A program made the position numbers and the translations under genes. Of a stretch of 64,000 bases of DNA, positions 19,954-29,925 are shown in pieces (the first letter of the stretch is position 1; each line of letters begins with the position of its first letter). Location: assembly GCA_942490995.1 (NCBI GenBank), contig CALOBG010000021.1:91388-155387 (forward strand), in the 5' to 3' direction. This DNA comes from an uncultured Gammaproteobacteria bacterium. GTDB taxonomy: Bacteria > Pseudomonadota > Gammaproteobacteria > Ga0077536. The notes beneath the pieces were generated by a model. The model ran no database searches. It saw nothing but the letters and a program-made list of their open reading frames with translations, and was not told the origin of the DNA.

Positions 19954-21159
19954 CTAGAACGGATTATTTGACTCCAGGCCCAGCGATATCCGCCCCAGTT
20001 GTTCGGAAATGCGATCGACGTGCCCGTTGATATGCAGCGGCATGGCCTGAAAATCGCGATAGCGCCGCTCGAAATCGGTGCCCTCGCGCAAGCCATTGCC
20101 ACCGAGCACGCGCAGGATCAACCCCATCGCTTCGTCACACAACATCACCGCCTGCATGCCGGCCGCGGTCTGGCGGAAATAGTCTGCTTCCACCGGCATG
20201 GCGGTAGCGGCAATGCGCGCATCGGTTTCAACCAGGGCGGCGTAGACGGTATCGGTGGCGGCGTTGATCAACGCGCCGGCGCGACCGAGATTGACGTGGA
20301 TGGTCGGTCGTTCAACCATTCTGGTTCCGAAAATCGCAATCCGATCGCGAATGCCGGCTGCGGTTTCCAGCAGCGAAATCTCCGCTACCCCGGTAGCCAT
20401 CGCGCCCAGCCACAACACCGATAATGCAACCCAGTCCTCACGGTAGCGCTGATTGATCATCGGGTGTTGCGGATCGCGGAACGGTACCCGGTACTTCGGC
20501 GGCCACGGTACAACCCGCGCGCTCGGCACCGCCAACTGGTCGTAATAAATGTGATCGGTGGCGCTGGCGCGGACACTCATCGCGTCCCAGGTCGGATCGA
20601 TACGCACGCGCGGATCACGCAGGTCGGCAAGCGTGAACTGCGGTGTCGCGGCGCTGTCTTCGTTGAATACAACGCCGGCCCATTCGGCATAGCGCGCGCC
20701 GGAGCCAAACGCCGCGACGCCGCTCAGCAGGGTTTCGTCCTCGACTACCGTAGCGGCAACTTTCGACGCTGCCCCGGCCGGGAAACACACCCACTCATGG
20801 CGGGAAACCAGCTGACCGAGAAAATCGCTATGCCGGGGTCCCAGCAACCCGGCGAAATGGTGAAAGGTGCACAAATGATTCCACAGACACCAGGCGGTCG
20901 AGGTACAGGCCTGCGCGAGAGCGCGCAGCTCGTTTGCTATCGCAACCATGCTGCCGTCGAGTCCCGCGATCTCGGCACTGGCGGACAGGCGCATGATGTC
21001 ATTGGCCTTGAGGGCGTCGATCACCCCGGCGTCGACCGAGCGGCTGGCATCGGCGGCCGCTGCCTGTGCCGCTATCTGCTCCAGCAACGGGGCCAGGTAC
21101 CGCGCATCGTCCCACAGGCGACCTCGAGGTGATGGACGCCCATCGCTGGCCTGGTTCAT
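19954..21159 (-). CDS. Acyl-CoA-dehydrogenase-fold flavin monooxygenase (DszC/SfnB-like, Acyl-CoA_dh_2 type).
   Basis: ACAD-like three-domain layout with no catalytic Glu context typical of true ACADs. The start was set at MNQASDG (21159), because the longer ORF-track N-terminus runs into the intergenic repeat. Confidence 0.55.
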   Translation of the reverse strand: MNQASDGRPSPRGRLWDDARYLAPLLEQIAAQAAAADASRSVDAGVIDALKANDIMRLSASAEIAGLDGSMVAIANELRALAQACTSTAWCLWNHLCTFHHFAGLLGPRHSDFLGQLVSRHEWVCFPAGAASKVAATVVEDETLLSGVAAFGSGARYAEWAGVVFNEDSAATPQFTLADLRDPRVRIDPTWDAMSVRASATDHIYYDQLAVPSARVVPWPPKYRVPFRDPQHPMINQRYREDWVALSVLWLGAMATGVAEISLLETAAGIRDRIAIFGTRMVERPTIHVNLGRAGALINAATDTVYAALVETDARIAATAMPVEADYFRQTAAGMQAVMLCDEAMGLILRVLGGNGLREGTDFERRYRDFQAMPLHINGHVDRISEQLGRISLGLESNNPF

Positions 21160-21240
21160 GGATATTCCCTCGTTGACGTCGTGGACGACGGATCCTACCA
21201 GCCGTTGAATGGCCAGCGGCAGGAGATGGGTTAGCCCGGT

Positions 21241-21476
21241 GGTTAAAACCGTGAGCCGGGAAAGCCACGCGCAAGGCGCAGGCGAACCCGCAACGCCGCG
21301 CACGACCTCCGCAGTAGTTTTTCACCAGCCTGGGCAGGCTGGTCAAAAGCGTAGCGAGGGAAGGTCGGGCGCAAGGCGCGGGCGAGACGAGGACCGGAGT
21401 TTATGCGGATAAATGAGGACCGCAGGCGAGTCCGCAACGCCGCGCACGACCTCCGCAGTAGTTTTTCACCAGCCTG
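21241..21476. repeat. Second locus of the ~144-bp repeat family: one full unit (21333-21476) plus one shortened unit (21241-21332), inverted relative to locus 1.
   Basis: …ccgcagtagtttttcaccagcc… is the reverse complement of gctggtgaaaaactactgcgg at 12056 and 12200. ~75-80% identity to the locus-1 units. The shortened copy lacks the central ~50 nt. Confidence 0.8.
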
Positions 21477-21517
21477 ATAGACTCACACTCAGATCCCAAG
21501 CCGCTCGGAGACAGGAT

Positions 21518-22522
21518 ATGAAAGCCGATGCCGTTATCAGTACGGACCTCGAACGGTGCGCGGCCGAGGCCCAAGAGCTCGAAGCACTCGGCTTTGCCGG
21601 CGTCAAATCGATCGAAACCGCGCACGATCCGTTTCTACCCCTGCTGCTGGCCGCGCAGCGCACCCGGTCGGTCGATCTCATCACCGGCATAGCCGTGGCC
21701 TTTGCCCGCTCGCCGATGATCATGGCGAACCTCGGGCACGACCTCAACGCTGCTGCACACGGCCGCTTCGTGCTCGGCCTCGGTTCACAGATCCGGCCGC
21801 ACATCACACGGCGCTTTTCCATGCCGTGGTCGGCGCCGGCGGCGCGTATGCGCGAATTCATCCTCGCCATGCGCGCGATCTGGAACTGCTGGTACCACGG
21901 CGAGCCGCTGAACTTCAGCGGCGAGTTCTATACCCATACCTTGATGACGCCGTTTTTTACCCCGACCAACACCGAGTTTGGTCCGCCACGGGTCCATCTC
22001 GCCGCGGTCGGACCGCTGATGACCGAGGTCGCGGGCGAGGTTGCCGATGGCCTGCTGGTGCATGGCTTTACCACCGAGACCTATCTGCGTGAGGTAACGT
22101 TGCCGGCACTCGACCGCGGGCTCGCACGCTCGCAGCGATCGCGCGCCGATGTCGAAATCTCCTATCCGGTTTTTACGGTTAGCGGTCGCGACGAACAGGA
22201 ATTACGCCGGGCGAGGAGCAAAATGCGCGAACAGATCGCGTTCTACGGGTCGACCCCGGCCTACAAACCGGTCCTTGACTCGATTGGTGCGGGCGAGCTG
22301 CAGCCGCAGTTGAACGCGCTGTCCAAGCAGGGACGCTGGCAGGCGATGGGTGAATTGATCGACGACGCCTTGCTTGAACAATTCGCGGTCTGCGGGGAGC
22401 CCGGCCAGGTGGCGCGGGACATTCGCCGACGCTTCGGCGATATCGTCGATCGTACCGCCGCCGCCTATGCGGAACTCGATCGAGCACAGCGTATCGAATT
22501 CCTCGAAGCGTTGTCCGCATAA
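21518..22522 (+). CDS. LLM-class (luciferase-like) flavin-dependent oxidoreductase.
   Basis: TIM-barrel LLM pattern (…GRFVLGLGSQIRPHI…) with GGAG 8 nt upstream of ATG 21518. The ORF-track N-terminal extension is read-through of the repeat. Confidence 0.7.
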   Translation: MKADAVISTDLERCAAEAQELEALGFAGVKSIETAHDPFLPLLLAAQRTRSVDLITGIAVAFARSPMIMANLGHDLNAAAHGRFVLGLGSQIRPHITRRFSMPWSAPAARMREFILAMRAIWNCWYHGEPLNFSGEFYTHTLMTPFFTPTNTEFGPPRVHLAAVGPLMTEVAGEVADGLLVHGFTTETYLREVTLPALDRGLARSQRSRADVEISYPVFTVSGRDEQELRRARSKMREQIAFYGSTPAYKPVLDSIGAGELQPQLNALSKQGRWQAMGELIDDALLEQFAVCGEPGQVARDIRRRFGDIVDRTAAAYAELDRAQRIEFLEALSA

Positions 22523-22571
22523 CCTACCCACTATCCGACCGACGATTTTTCAGAACGGGATCCGAATTATC

Positions 22572-23357
22572 ATGTTGCCACGATCGTTTTCCGCGCTGCT
22601 GGTTCTTCTGATCCTGGTCGGCTGCGCAACCAGCCCGACCGGGCGCACGCAGCTGCTGGTGGTGTCGGAACAAAGCGCAATTGCCGCGTCCGGGCAGGCC
22701 TACACCGAAATGCTGGCGCCGCTGCGTGAAGAAAACCGCATCGACACCGACCCTGCGCTAAACCAACGCGCCCAGGGCATCGTCAAGCGGCTCATCCCGC
22801 AGGCCGTCGCGATGCGCCCGGACACGCAGAACTGGGGATGGGATCTGAAAATCATCGACGATCCGAAAAACGTTAATGCCTGGGCCATGGCGGGCGGCAA
22901 AATGGCGCTCTATGGCGGTCTGGTCAAAATTCTTGCGCCCAGTGACGATGAACTGGCCCAGGTACTCGCTCATGAAATCGCCCATGCGCTGGCCAAACAT
23001 TCAGCGGAGAAAATGTCGGTCTCGGCGGCAACCAACGTTGGCATGCAAAGCATCGCCGTGGCGACCGGTGGCTCGCCGATCGCCATGCAGGGCAGCGCGC
23101 TGCTCGCGGCCTTGGCGCTGTCGTTACCGAACAGTCGCGCGATGGAAACCGAAGCCGATCGCATCGGCATCGAACTTGCGGCCCGGGCCGGCTTCGACCC
23201 GCGCGCGGCGGTCACGCTATGGGACAAGATGGCCGCGGCCGGCGGCGGCGCGCCACCACAATTTCTGAGTACGCACCCCAACGCCGCGACGCGTAAAACT
23301 ACCCTGCAGGCGCTGGTGCCCTCGATGCTGCCACTCTACGAACAGGCGCGACGCTGA
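22572..23357 (+). CDS. M48-family zinc metallopeptidase lipoprotein.
   Basis: Lipobox LLILVGC, HExxH (HEIAHALAKH) and a downstream E…D (ETEADRIG). The start is at ATG 22572. Confidence 0.8.
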   Translation: MLPRSFSALLVLLILVGCATSPTGRTQLLVVSEQSAIAASGQAYTEMLAPLREENRIDTDPALNQRAQGIVKRLIPQAVAMRPDTQNWGWDLKIIDDPKNVNAWAMAGGKMALYGGLVKILAPSDDELAQVLAHEIAHALAKHSAEKMSVSAATNVGMQSIAVATGGSPIAMQGSALLAALALSLPNSRAMETEADRIGIELAARAGFDPRAAVTLWDKMAAAGGGAPPQFLSTHPNAATRKTTLQALVPSMLPLYEQARR

Positions 23358-23359
23358 GG

Positions 23360-25004
23360 GTGGTGATGGTGCTCGGCGCACCCGATCGCGCAGCACTGCG
23401 CGAATCCTATTGGCCGGCGACGCACGAGGTCGCATTGCTTGATACGACCTGTGGCGGGGTCCTGCGACAGGCCGCGGCGGCGACCCCGAACCAGATCGCA
23501 CTGATCGACGCCGACGCACCACCCGGGAGCACGGCGTCGCTGGACTTACAGCGCCTTGCTCGCCGATGCCGAAGCCACGGCTCGCGCGCTGCTGACCCGC
23601 TTCGAACCCGGTACGCATATCGCGCTATGGGCCGCCAACTGCCCCGACTGGATCATCCTCCAGTACGGACTGGCGCTCGCCGGTATGGTGCTGGTGACCG
23701 TCAATCCCGCCTACCGTGCCGCGGAACTCGCCTATGTACTACGCCAGTCGCGGGCACGCGCAATCATCCACCAGGCTGCCTACCGCGGCCTCGACATGCG
23801 CGCCGCGGTCGCCGAGGCCAGCCGCGCAGAGGGTGTCGAACTCGCGCTAACGCTGTGTCTCGATGAGCTGCCGGACTTCCTTGCCGCCGCCGCTCAGGGC
23901 GCGGCGCTACCGAGCGTCGACCCGCGCAGCGCCGCAATGATCCAATACACCTCCGGCACCACCGGCCAGCCCAAGGGTGCCCAGCTCAACCACTACTCTA
24001 TAACCAACAATGCCCGCTTCATGGCACTGTTAAAAAACCTCGACAGCCGCACCGTTAACCTCGCCGTCGCGCCGCTGTTTCATACTGCCGGTTGCGTCGG
24101 CGGCGTGCTCGGCGCGGTACAGACCGGCAGCACATTGTTGCTGCCCTCAAGCTTTGATGCCGATTCCATGCTCGACCTGATCGAAAGCGAAGGCGTGACC
24201 TACACCTTCGCGGTACCGACCATGCTGATCGCGATGCTCGCCGCGCAGGCGGCCAGGCCGCGCGACCTGTCGAGTCTCGAAACAGTGTTCTCGGGCGGGG
24301 CAATCGTACCGATCGAGGTCGTACGGCGGGTGGAAAAGGAGTTCGACGTACGCCTCATCATCGGTTACGGACAGACCGAAACCTCACCGGCAATTACCCA
24401 CACCCGGCTCGACGACAGTGCCCGCGACAAAAGCGAAACGATCGGTTACGCGATCCCGCAGACCGAAATAAAAATCATCGACCCGGAAAGCGGCGCGACC
24501 CTGCCTGTCGATACCCCCGGCGAACTCTGTACGCGCGGTTTCCTGGTCATGATGGGCTATTACGCTATGCCCGAAGCAACCGCGCAGACCATCGACCGTG
24601 AAGGCTGGCTGCATACCGGCGACTTATGCACTATGGATGCACGCGGTTATTGCCGTATTACCGGTCGACTGAAGGACATGATCATCCGCGGCGGTGAAAA
24701 CATTTATCCGCGCGAAATCGAGGAACTGCTCTACACCCATCCCGCCGTCGCCGAAGTGGCGGTGATTGCGATCCGCGACGACTACTGGGGCGAGGAAGTC
24801 GGCGCAGTGCTCAGTTTCGAGTCCGGACAGACCGCCGACAGCGACAGTCTGCGCCAGTTTACTGCCGCTGCGCTGGCTCGCCACAAGGTGCCGAAACACT
24901 GGTTCGCGATGCCGTCGATACCGACCACCGCCTCGGGTAAGCTGCAGAAATTCCGACTCGTAGAAATGTTCGAGAGCGGTGCGCTGGAAACTTATCGCTT
25001 GTAG
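23360..25004 (+). CDS. AMP-binding acyl-CoA synthetase / fatty-acid-CoA ligase with an apparent +1 frameshift near 23537 (N-terminal 58 aa in frame 2, the rest in frame 0).
   Basis: Frame 2 gives …PNQIALIDADAPPGSTA…; frame 0 continues …RWTYSALLADAEATARALL… Motifs: A3 YTSGTTGQPKG, A5 GYGQTE, A7 WLHTGD, A8 GRLKDMIIRGGENIYPREIE, A10 SGKLQK. The two frames overlap at 23502-23560. Confidence 0.6.
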
Positions 25005-25032
25005 GCGGCGGGTGCGTCGCGACCCGATCAAC

Positions 25033-27477
25033 TCAAACGGAATCCAGCAGCTGGGCCAGGCGGCGCGCCAGGGCCGGCGCGTTTTCGCTGCTGATGGCAT
25101 CGCCGCTGTCATGGCCCGGCGCGGCCAGGATTTCAACGTCACTGCCCAGTACCGCAGGATCGCGCATTATCGGCGCGCCACCGGCCTCCTCGGCTGCGTC
25201 GCGCGCCGTATGCAGAACCACGATACGCCGCGCATAGGGGCGTGGCTGGTAATTCCTGGTCGCCGCGAGGTTGGATGCCGTCACGATGTTCAGTCGCAGC
25301 TCGGTGCGGGCGCCGTAGAACGGGTCACGATGGCGAATTTTTTCACGCGCGAGAGCGATTTTTCCGGCCAGCCAGGCACGCCTGCCAGGGCCGTCAAGGC
25401 GGCGTAACTCGGCCATGTAAAGACGTATCCGCCCAAGTACGAAGCGCACGCGAATGCCGAGACCGGTCGGCGCACTGCTCACCGTGTGCGCGGCCGGACG
25501 AGCAAAAAACGGGTCCATCAGGATCAGCAGCTGTGGCGCCCGCCCGGCCTTGTCGAGTCGATGCGCCATCTCGAACGCGGCCGCAGCTCCCCAACAGATA
25601 CCCAACAGCGCAAATGGTCGTCCATCGAGGTCGGGCATCGCGGCGATGAATTCGTCGGCGATCGACTCGATCCGCGTCAAGGCCTGACCCTGACCATCCA
25701 GTCCTTTGCTTTGCAGCCCGAAAAACGGCTGCCCGGGACCGAGTGCGCGGGCCAGTGCCTCCAGGCTGACGACATTTCCACCTACCCCCGGCACCACGAA
25801 CAGAGGCGGCCGCGAACCGCGCGGCTGAATCGCGACCAGCACCGAAGACGGCAACTCCGGTTGTTCCAGCAGGCGCAGCAATTTACGGATGCTGCCCGCT
25901 TCAAACAGGATCGACAGCGGCAGACTGCGGCCGATGACCGTTTCCATCTCGCCGAACACCAGCGCGGCCTGCACGGAGCTGCCGCCGAGGGCAAAAAAGT
26001 CGTCGTCGATACCGATCCGTTCGAGGCCCAGCGCGGCACGCCAGATTTCGCATAGCCTTGTCGCCAGGTCAGACAGATCCGCGGCGGCCGGCACCGCTAT
26101 CTCGGGCTGAGCCGCCGACGGCGGCGTCAGCAGGGTGCGCGCGTGGCGCAGCACCGGTTCGGCTTCGAGTTTGGCCAGCAGCGTAGCGAGCGTGGCGTCG
26201 CCGACTTCGACCAGCACGGCGAAAACCCGCTCGAGCAGATCGACACAGGCCTCGGCCAGCGCCGCACCGACCACGGCTGTGTCGTACACCGCGCTGATTT
26301 GTAGCGCCCCATGTGATTCCGCGATAAACAAAGAGAGCGGGAACGCATTGTCACTCGGGCTTGCGATCTGCTCGATCACGAGATCGTCGCTGCGGCGGGT
26401 CTCCGTACCCGGCGCGTGCAGCACCAGCAGGACATCGAATAGCGGCGTATCCAGCGGTACCCCGCTGGCGCGCTGAACGTCGGCCAATGACAGGTATTCG
26501 TATGGCTGACGCGCGCTGGCAGCGGCGTGCAGGTCCCGCAGCCAGGCGCCAAAATCTACATCTTGGTCGAGGGTGAAAAACACCGGCACGTTGTTGATGA
26601 ACGAGCCCATCGTCCGCTCGATATTGCGCACCCCTGGCGGCCGCCCCGATACGGTGAGCCCGAAGCAGGTCTCACTGCTATTGGCGAGCTTTGCGAGGGC
26701 GATAGCGAGCGCCGCCTGGATCACTACTGCAAAGGTCGTGCGCTGGCTGCGGGCGATCGCGGCCAGCGCCGCCGTGGCCGCTGCCGGCAGCCGGCGGCTG
26801 AGCGAAGGCTGGCCGTCACGGGCATCGCCGTCACGCCGCTCGGCTCGCCAGAACAACAACTGCGGGCGTCGTAAACCTCTCCCCACCGAGACCCAATAGC
26901 GCTCGGCAGCCGCGCGATCCTGATTCTTCAGCCACGCTATGTAGTCGCGATAGCGCCCGGGTGGCGGCAGCGCCGCACCGCGCTGCGCGTAACATGCGAA
27001 CAACTCCTCGAACAGGATGTCCACGCACCAACGGTCGAGGATCAGGTGGTGGCGGGTCCAGATCAGGAGCCAGTCATCCGCGCCGGTCCGCAGCAGCGTC
27101 AGGCGCATCAACGGCGCTCGGCGCAGATCAAATAGCTGCCGCCGTTCACCTTCGTAGTGCGTCGCCAGCGCCCGTTCGCGCTCGGCGTCGGCGAGGACGC
27201 TGAGATCTTCGTACTCAAATGGCACGGTGACCTTATTGCGGATCACCTGCACCGGTTGCTGGACCCCTTCCCAGACGAAGCCCGCGCGCAGGATCTCGTG
27301 TCGCGCGAGGAGCTGCTGCCACGCGTCGTGAAAGCGCTTTACATCGAGTTCGCCGTGGATGCGGTAGCGGAATTGATTGACCAGCACGTGCGAGTCGGTG
27401 GCCGCGAGCGTATGCGTCAGCATCAAATGCTGCATGGGCGACAGCGGGTATATGTCGTCGATATTTTTTTGGGGCAT
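25033..27477 (-). CDS. NRPS termination protein: condensation domain - PCP - thioesterase, with a Cys in the TE nucleophile position (GICWG) and no A domain.
   Basis: C motif HHLILDRWC (aa ~143), PCP FFALGGSSVQA (aa ~495), TE GxCxG LLGICWGAAAAFEMA (Cys628, codon at 25594-25596). 814 aa. Confidence 0.85.
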   Translation of the reverse strand: MPQKNIDDIYPLSPMQHLMLTHTLAATDSHVLVNQFRYRIHGELDVKRFHDAWQQLLARHEILRAGFVWEGVQQPVQVIRNKVTVPFEYEDLSVLADAERERALATHYEGERRQLFDLRRAPLMRLTLLRTGADDWLLIWTRHHLILDRWCVDILFEELFACYAQRGAALPPPGRYRDYIAWLKNQDRAAAERYWVSVGRGLRRPQLLFWRAERRDGDARDGQPSLSRRLPAAATAALAAIARSQRTTFAVVIQAALAIALAKLANSSETCFGLTVSGRPPGVRNIERTMGSFINNVPVFFTLDQDVDFGAWLRDLHAAASARQPYEYLSLADVQRASGVPLDTPLFDVLLVLHAPGTETRRSDDLVIEQIASPSDNAFPLSLFIAESHGALQISAVYDTAVVGAALAEACVDLLERVFAVLVEVGDATLATLLAKLEAEPVLRHARTLLTPPSAAQPEIAVPAAADLSDLATRLCEIWRAALGLERIGIDDDFFALGGSSVQAALVFGEMETVIGRSLPLSILFEAGSIRKLLRLLEQPELPSSVLVAIQPRGSRPPLFVVPGVGGNVVSLEALARALGPGQPFFGLQSKGLDGQGQALTRIESIADEFIAAMPDLDGRPFALLGICWGAAAAFEMAHRLDKAGRAPQLLILMDPFFARPAAHTVSSAPTGLGIRVRFVLGRIRLYMAELRRLDGPGRRAWLAGKIALAREKIRHRDPFYGARTELRLNIVTASNLAATRNYQPRPYARRIVVLHTARDAAEEAGGAPIMRDPAVLGSDVEILAAPGHDSGDAISSENAPALARRLAQLLDSV

Positions 27478-27606
27478 ACTTGTTGTCGCCTTACCGAGCC
27501 ACGTGACCGAGATCCCACCGATGCGTCGTTCGCTGGTTAATGCTGCTGAATTCCGTTATCGAAAGCCAGCCTGGCCGAGGGCGCCGCGAGCGCTGGGGTC
27601 GATGGC

Positions 27607-29208
27607 TTGAATCTCAGCATCCAACACGGCTTCGCAAGCTTGCGCCGGCACCCGTTCGTCGTACTCAGCGGCGAAGTGGCGTTGCTGTTGATCAGTTTTG
27701 TCGCTATCGAACGGATAATTTTCTACTTCGCGCGCCTGCCGCCAAGCGCCTACGGTGAAGCGCATCTGACCCTGGCCGTCCTTCGCCACGCCGACCCGCT
27801 GTTCGGCGCCGCGCTGATGCTCGCCTTCCTCGGCTGGATGCGCTACGGCGGCGCGCCGCGGCGCTGGACGACGATCGTCGGCGGCGCTCCGATCCGTGCC
27901 TGCGTCGTACTTATATGTGCGCTGTTGGCGTGGTCGCTGAGCACTTATGGGCATAACTATTTTTATGATCAGGCCTACGCCATCGATCGCGTATTGCTGC
28001 TCGCACTGGCGGCACTGGTAGCCTGGCGTCCAGGGTTTGTATTCCCGTTTCTGCTGCTGAGCGTTGCCATGCATTGGCAAATCATGCAGCCATCGCTGGG
28101 CAGCGGTTCGTATCTCAACCACACCCTGCAACTGGTGCACGTCGTTGCACTGTTTGGCGCCAGCCTGTTGATCTACCCGCTGCTCGAACGGCGCTACGCG
28201 GATCGGTTCTGGCTGTTTGTCTGTTGCCTGGTCGCGGCGGTTTACTGGGAACCCGGCATCAGCAAGGTGGGCATTGGCTGGCTCGACTATGCAGGCCTGC
28301 ACTTCATGCCGCTGGCGGCCTATGCGCATGGTTGGCGCAGCGCGCTGGCGCCCGAGGCGATCGTTGAATTCGCGAATCTGTTGACGGCGTTCGACACCCC
28401 CATGCGCATATTTGTCCTCGCCATCGAACTCGGCTGCATCGCCTTTCTTGCCCACCGTTTGTGGTCGATCGCACTGCTGGGCCTGGTCATGGTTTTCCAT
28501 CTCGGCGTTTTTGTCCTGTACGGCTACTTGTTCTGGACCTGGATCGCGCTCGACGCCATCCTCATCAGCGTACTCATAGCCGATCTAAGGGTCGCGCGCA
28601 TCGCCATCTACAGCCGAGGCCACCTGCTGCTGTCGATGCTCCTGATCGGCACTGCGGGGTATTGGTGTCAGCCGTCCAGTCTGGCCTGGTTCGATTCGCC
28701 ACTGAGCTATACCTTTCGCTATTTTGGGGTCGGCGACAGCGGTGTTGAATATGAAGTCCCGCCGCGCTTCTTCGCGCCCTACGGCGATGCCTTTACGATG
28801 GCGAACTTCTCCTACCTCATTAATGAGCACAAGGTTCTGGTCAGCCCTTACGGGATCGCCAACCGCGCGCGCATCGGCGGCCTGCTCGCGGCACGCGACG
28901 CCGCCGATATTTTCCGACTCGAGAACGAACTCGGCGCGAACCGCTATGATGCCGCACGCGCCGAACAATACTACGATTTCCTGACCCGCTACCTCGAGCA
29001 TTACAACCGTCGACAGCGGCACTTCGATGCGCAGCGTTACGCGCCGCCACCGCAGTTCTGGAACCACCCACGCGGCCGGGTCTACACCGGACAGGAGGCG
29101 CTGCGCGAGCTACAGGTGGTGGCGTACACCACCTTCTTTGACGGTCAGACCCTGAGCGTTATCCGGCGTTCGCCGCTGCGAACGCTGCAGCTTTCGCGCG
29201 CCCCGTAA
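27607..29208 (+). CDS. Polytopic integral membrane protein of unknown function (≥9 predicted TM segments plus a ~160-aa C-terminal soluble domain).
   Basis: Many hydrophobic helices (…FVFPFLLLSVAMHWQIM…, …LGLVMVFHLGVFVLYGYLFWTWIALDAILISVLIA…). Divergent from the C-T-TE gene, inside the NRPS island. No confident family match. Confidence 0.5.
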   Translation: MNLSIQHGFASLRRHPFVVLSGEVALLLISFVAIERIIFYFARLPPSAYGEAHLTLAVLRHADPLFGAALMLAFLGWMRYGGAPRRWTTIVGGAPIRACVVLICALLAWSLSTYGHNYFYDQAYAIDRVLLLALAALVAWRPGFVFPFLLLSVAMHWQIMQPSLGSGSYLNHTLQLVHVVALFGASLLIYPLLERRYADRFWLFVCCLVAAVYWEPGISKVGIGWLDYAGLHFMPLAAYAHGWRSALAPEAIVEFANLLTAFDTPMRIFVLAIELGCIAFLAHRLWSIALLGLVMVFHLGVFVLYGYLFWTWIALDAILISVLIADLRVARIAIYSRGHLLLSMLLIGTAGYWCQPSSLAWFDSPLSYTFRYFGVGDSGVEYEVPPRFFAPYGDAFTMANFSYLINEHKVLVSPYGIANRARIGGLLAARDAADIFRLENELGANRYDAARAEQYYDFLTRYLEHYNRRQRHFDAQRYAPPPQFWNHPRGRVYTGQEALRELQVVAYTTFFDGQTLSVIRRSPLRTLQLSRAP

Positions 29209-29247
29209 CGGCAGCGCTGGCGCTCCACACTTCGATCACCGCTGCAC

Positions 29248-29925
29248 TCACGCACCGGGATCGCTTTCGAGACCGTCGAGCATTGCGGCGATCTCGCTGA
29301 TCTGGGATTCGTCGAGGTCGATCAGGGGTTCGTCGGCAGCAACGCTGTCGGGGCCCGCCTCGCTGGTGGCGGCGGCCTGTGCGGCGATAGTGGGGTGGTC
29401 AAAAAACTGCTCCGGCGACAATTTCAGGCCCTGCGACTGCGCGCGCGACAGGATACGAATGCTCAGCAGCGAGTCGCCGCCGAGTTCGAAAAAATTATCG
29501 TCGACACTGACCTCGTCGATGCCGAGCACATCGCACCAGATCTGTGCCAGCAGGCGTTCGGCGCGGGTGGTCGGCGCCGTACCTGTTTCGCTCACGTTCA
29601 CTTCAAGTGCGCCGGCCAGAGCCACTGCGGCGCGACGGTCGAGTTTACCGTTGGCCAGACGCGGCAGGGCGGTAACCGCGAGAAACTGGCGCGGCACCAT
29701 GTACTCGGGCAACCGCTCGGTGAGATGCGCGGTGAGTTCGCTCGCCTGCGGATGCCGCTCGGCGCGCGCGACGAAACACGCCACCAGCCGTGCGCTGTCC
29801 GGCGCCTGCGCAAGGGTGTGCTGCGTGATCAGTGCGCCGAGCAGACGCCTGCGTTCCGGCGCCAGCTGTCGCAGCCGCTCCGCCACACTTCGAGCAGAGC
29901 CCTTGCCGCTTGAGGTAACGCTCAT
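29248..29925 (-). CDS. NRPS fragment: C-terminal A-domain subdomain (motifs A9-A10) plus PCP.
   Basis: …LVACFVA…LPEYMVPRQFLAVTALPRLANGKLDR (A9/A10), then PCP FFELGGDSLLSI. Its ATG overlaps the stop of the upstream methyltransferase ORF (ATGA). Confidence 0.75.
   Translation of the reverse strand: MSVTSSGKGSARSVAERLRQLAPERRRLLGALITQHTLAQAPDSARLVACFVARAERHPQASELTAHLTERLPEYMVPRQFLAVTALPRLANGKLDRRAAVALAGALEVNVSETGTAPTTRAERLLAQIWCDVLGIDEVSVDDNFFELGGDSLLSIRILSRAQSQGLKLSPEQFFDHPTIAAQAAATSEAGPDSVAADEPLIDLDESQISEIAAMLDGLESDPGA

Noticed and set aside
21160-21303. Upstream 48-codon extension of the DszC-like monooxygenase ORF.
   Set aside because: It runs through the intergenic repeat element. The first Met with a plausible N-terminus is at 21159.
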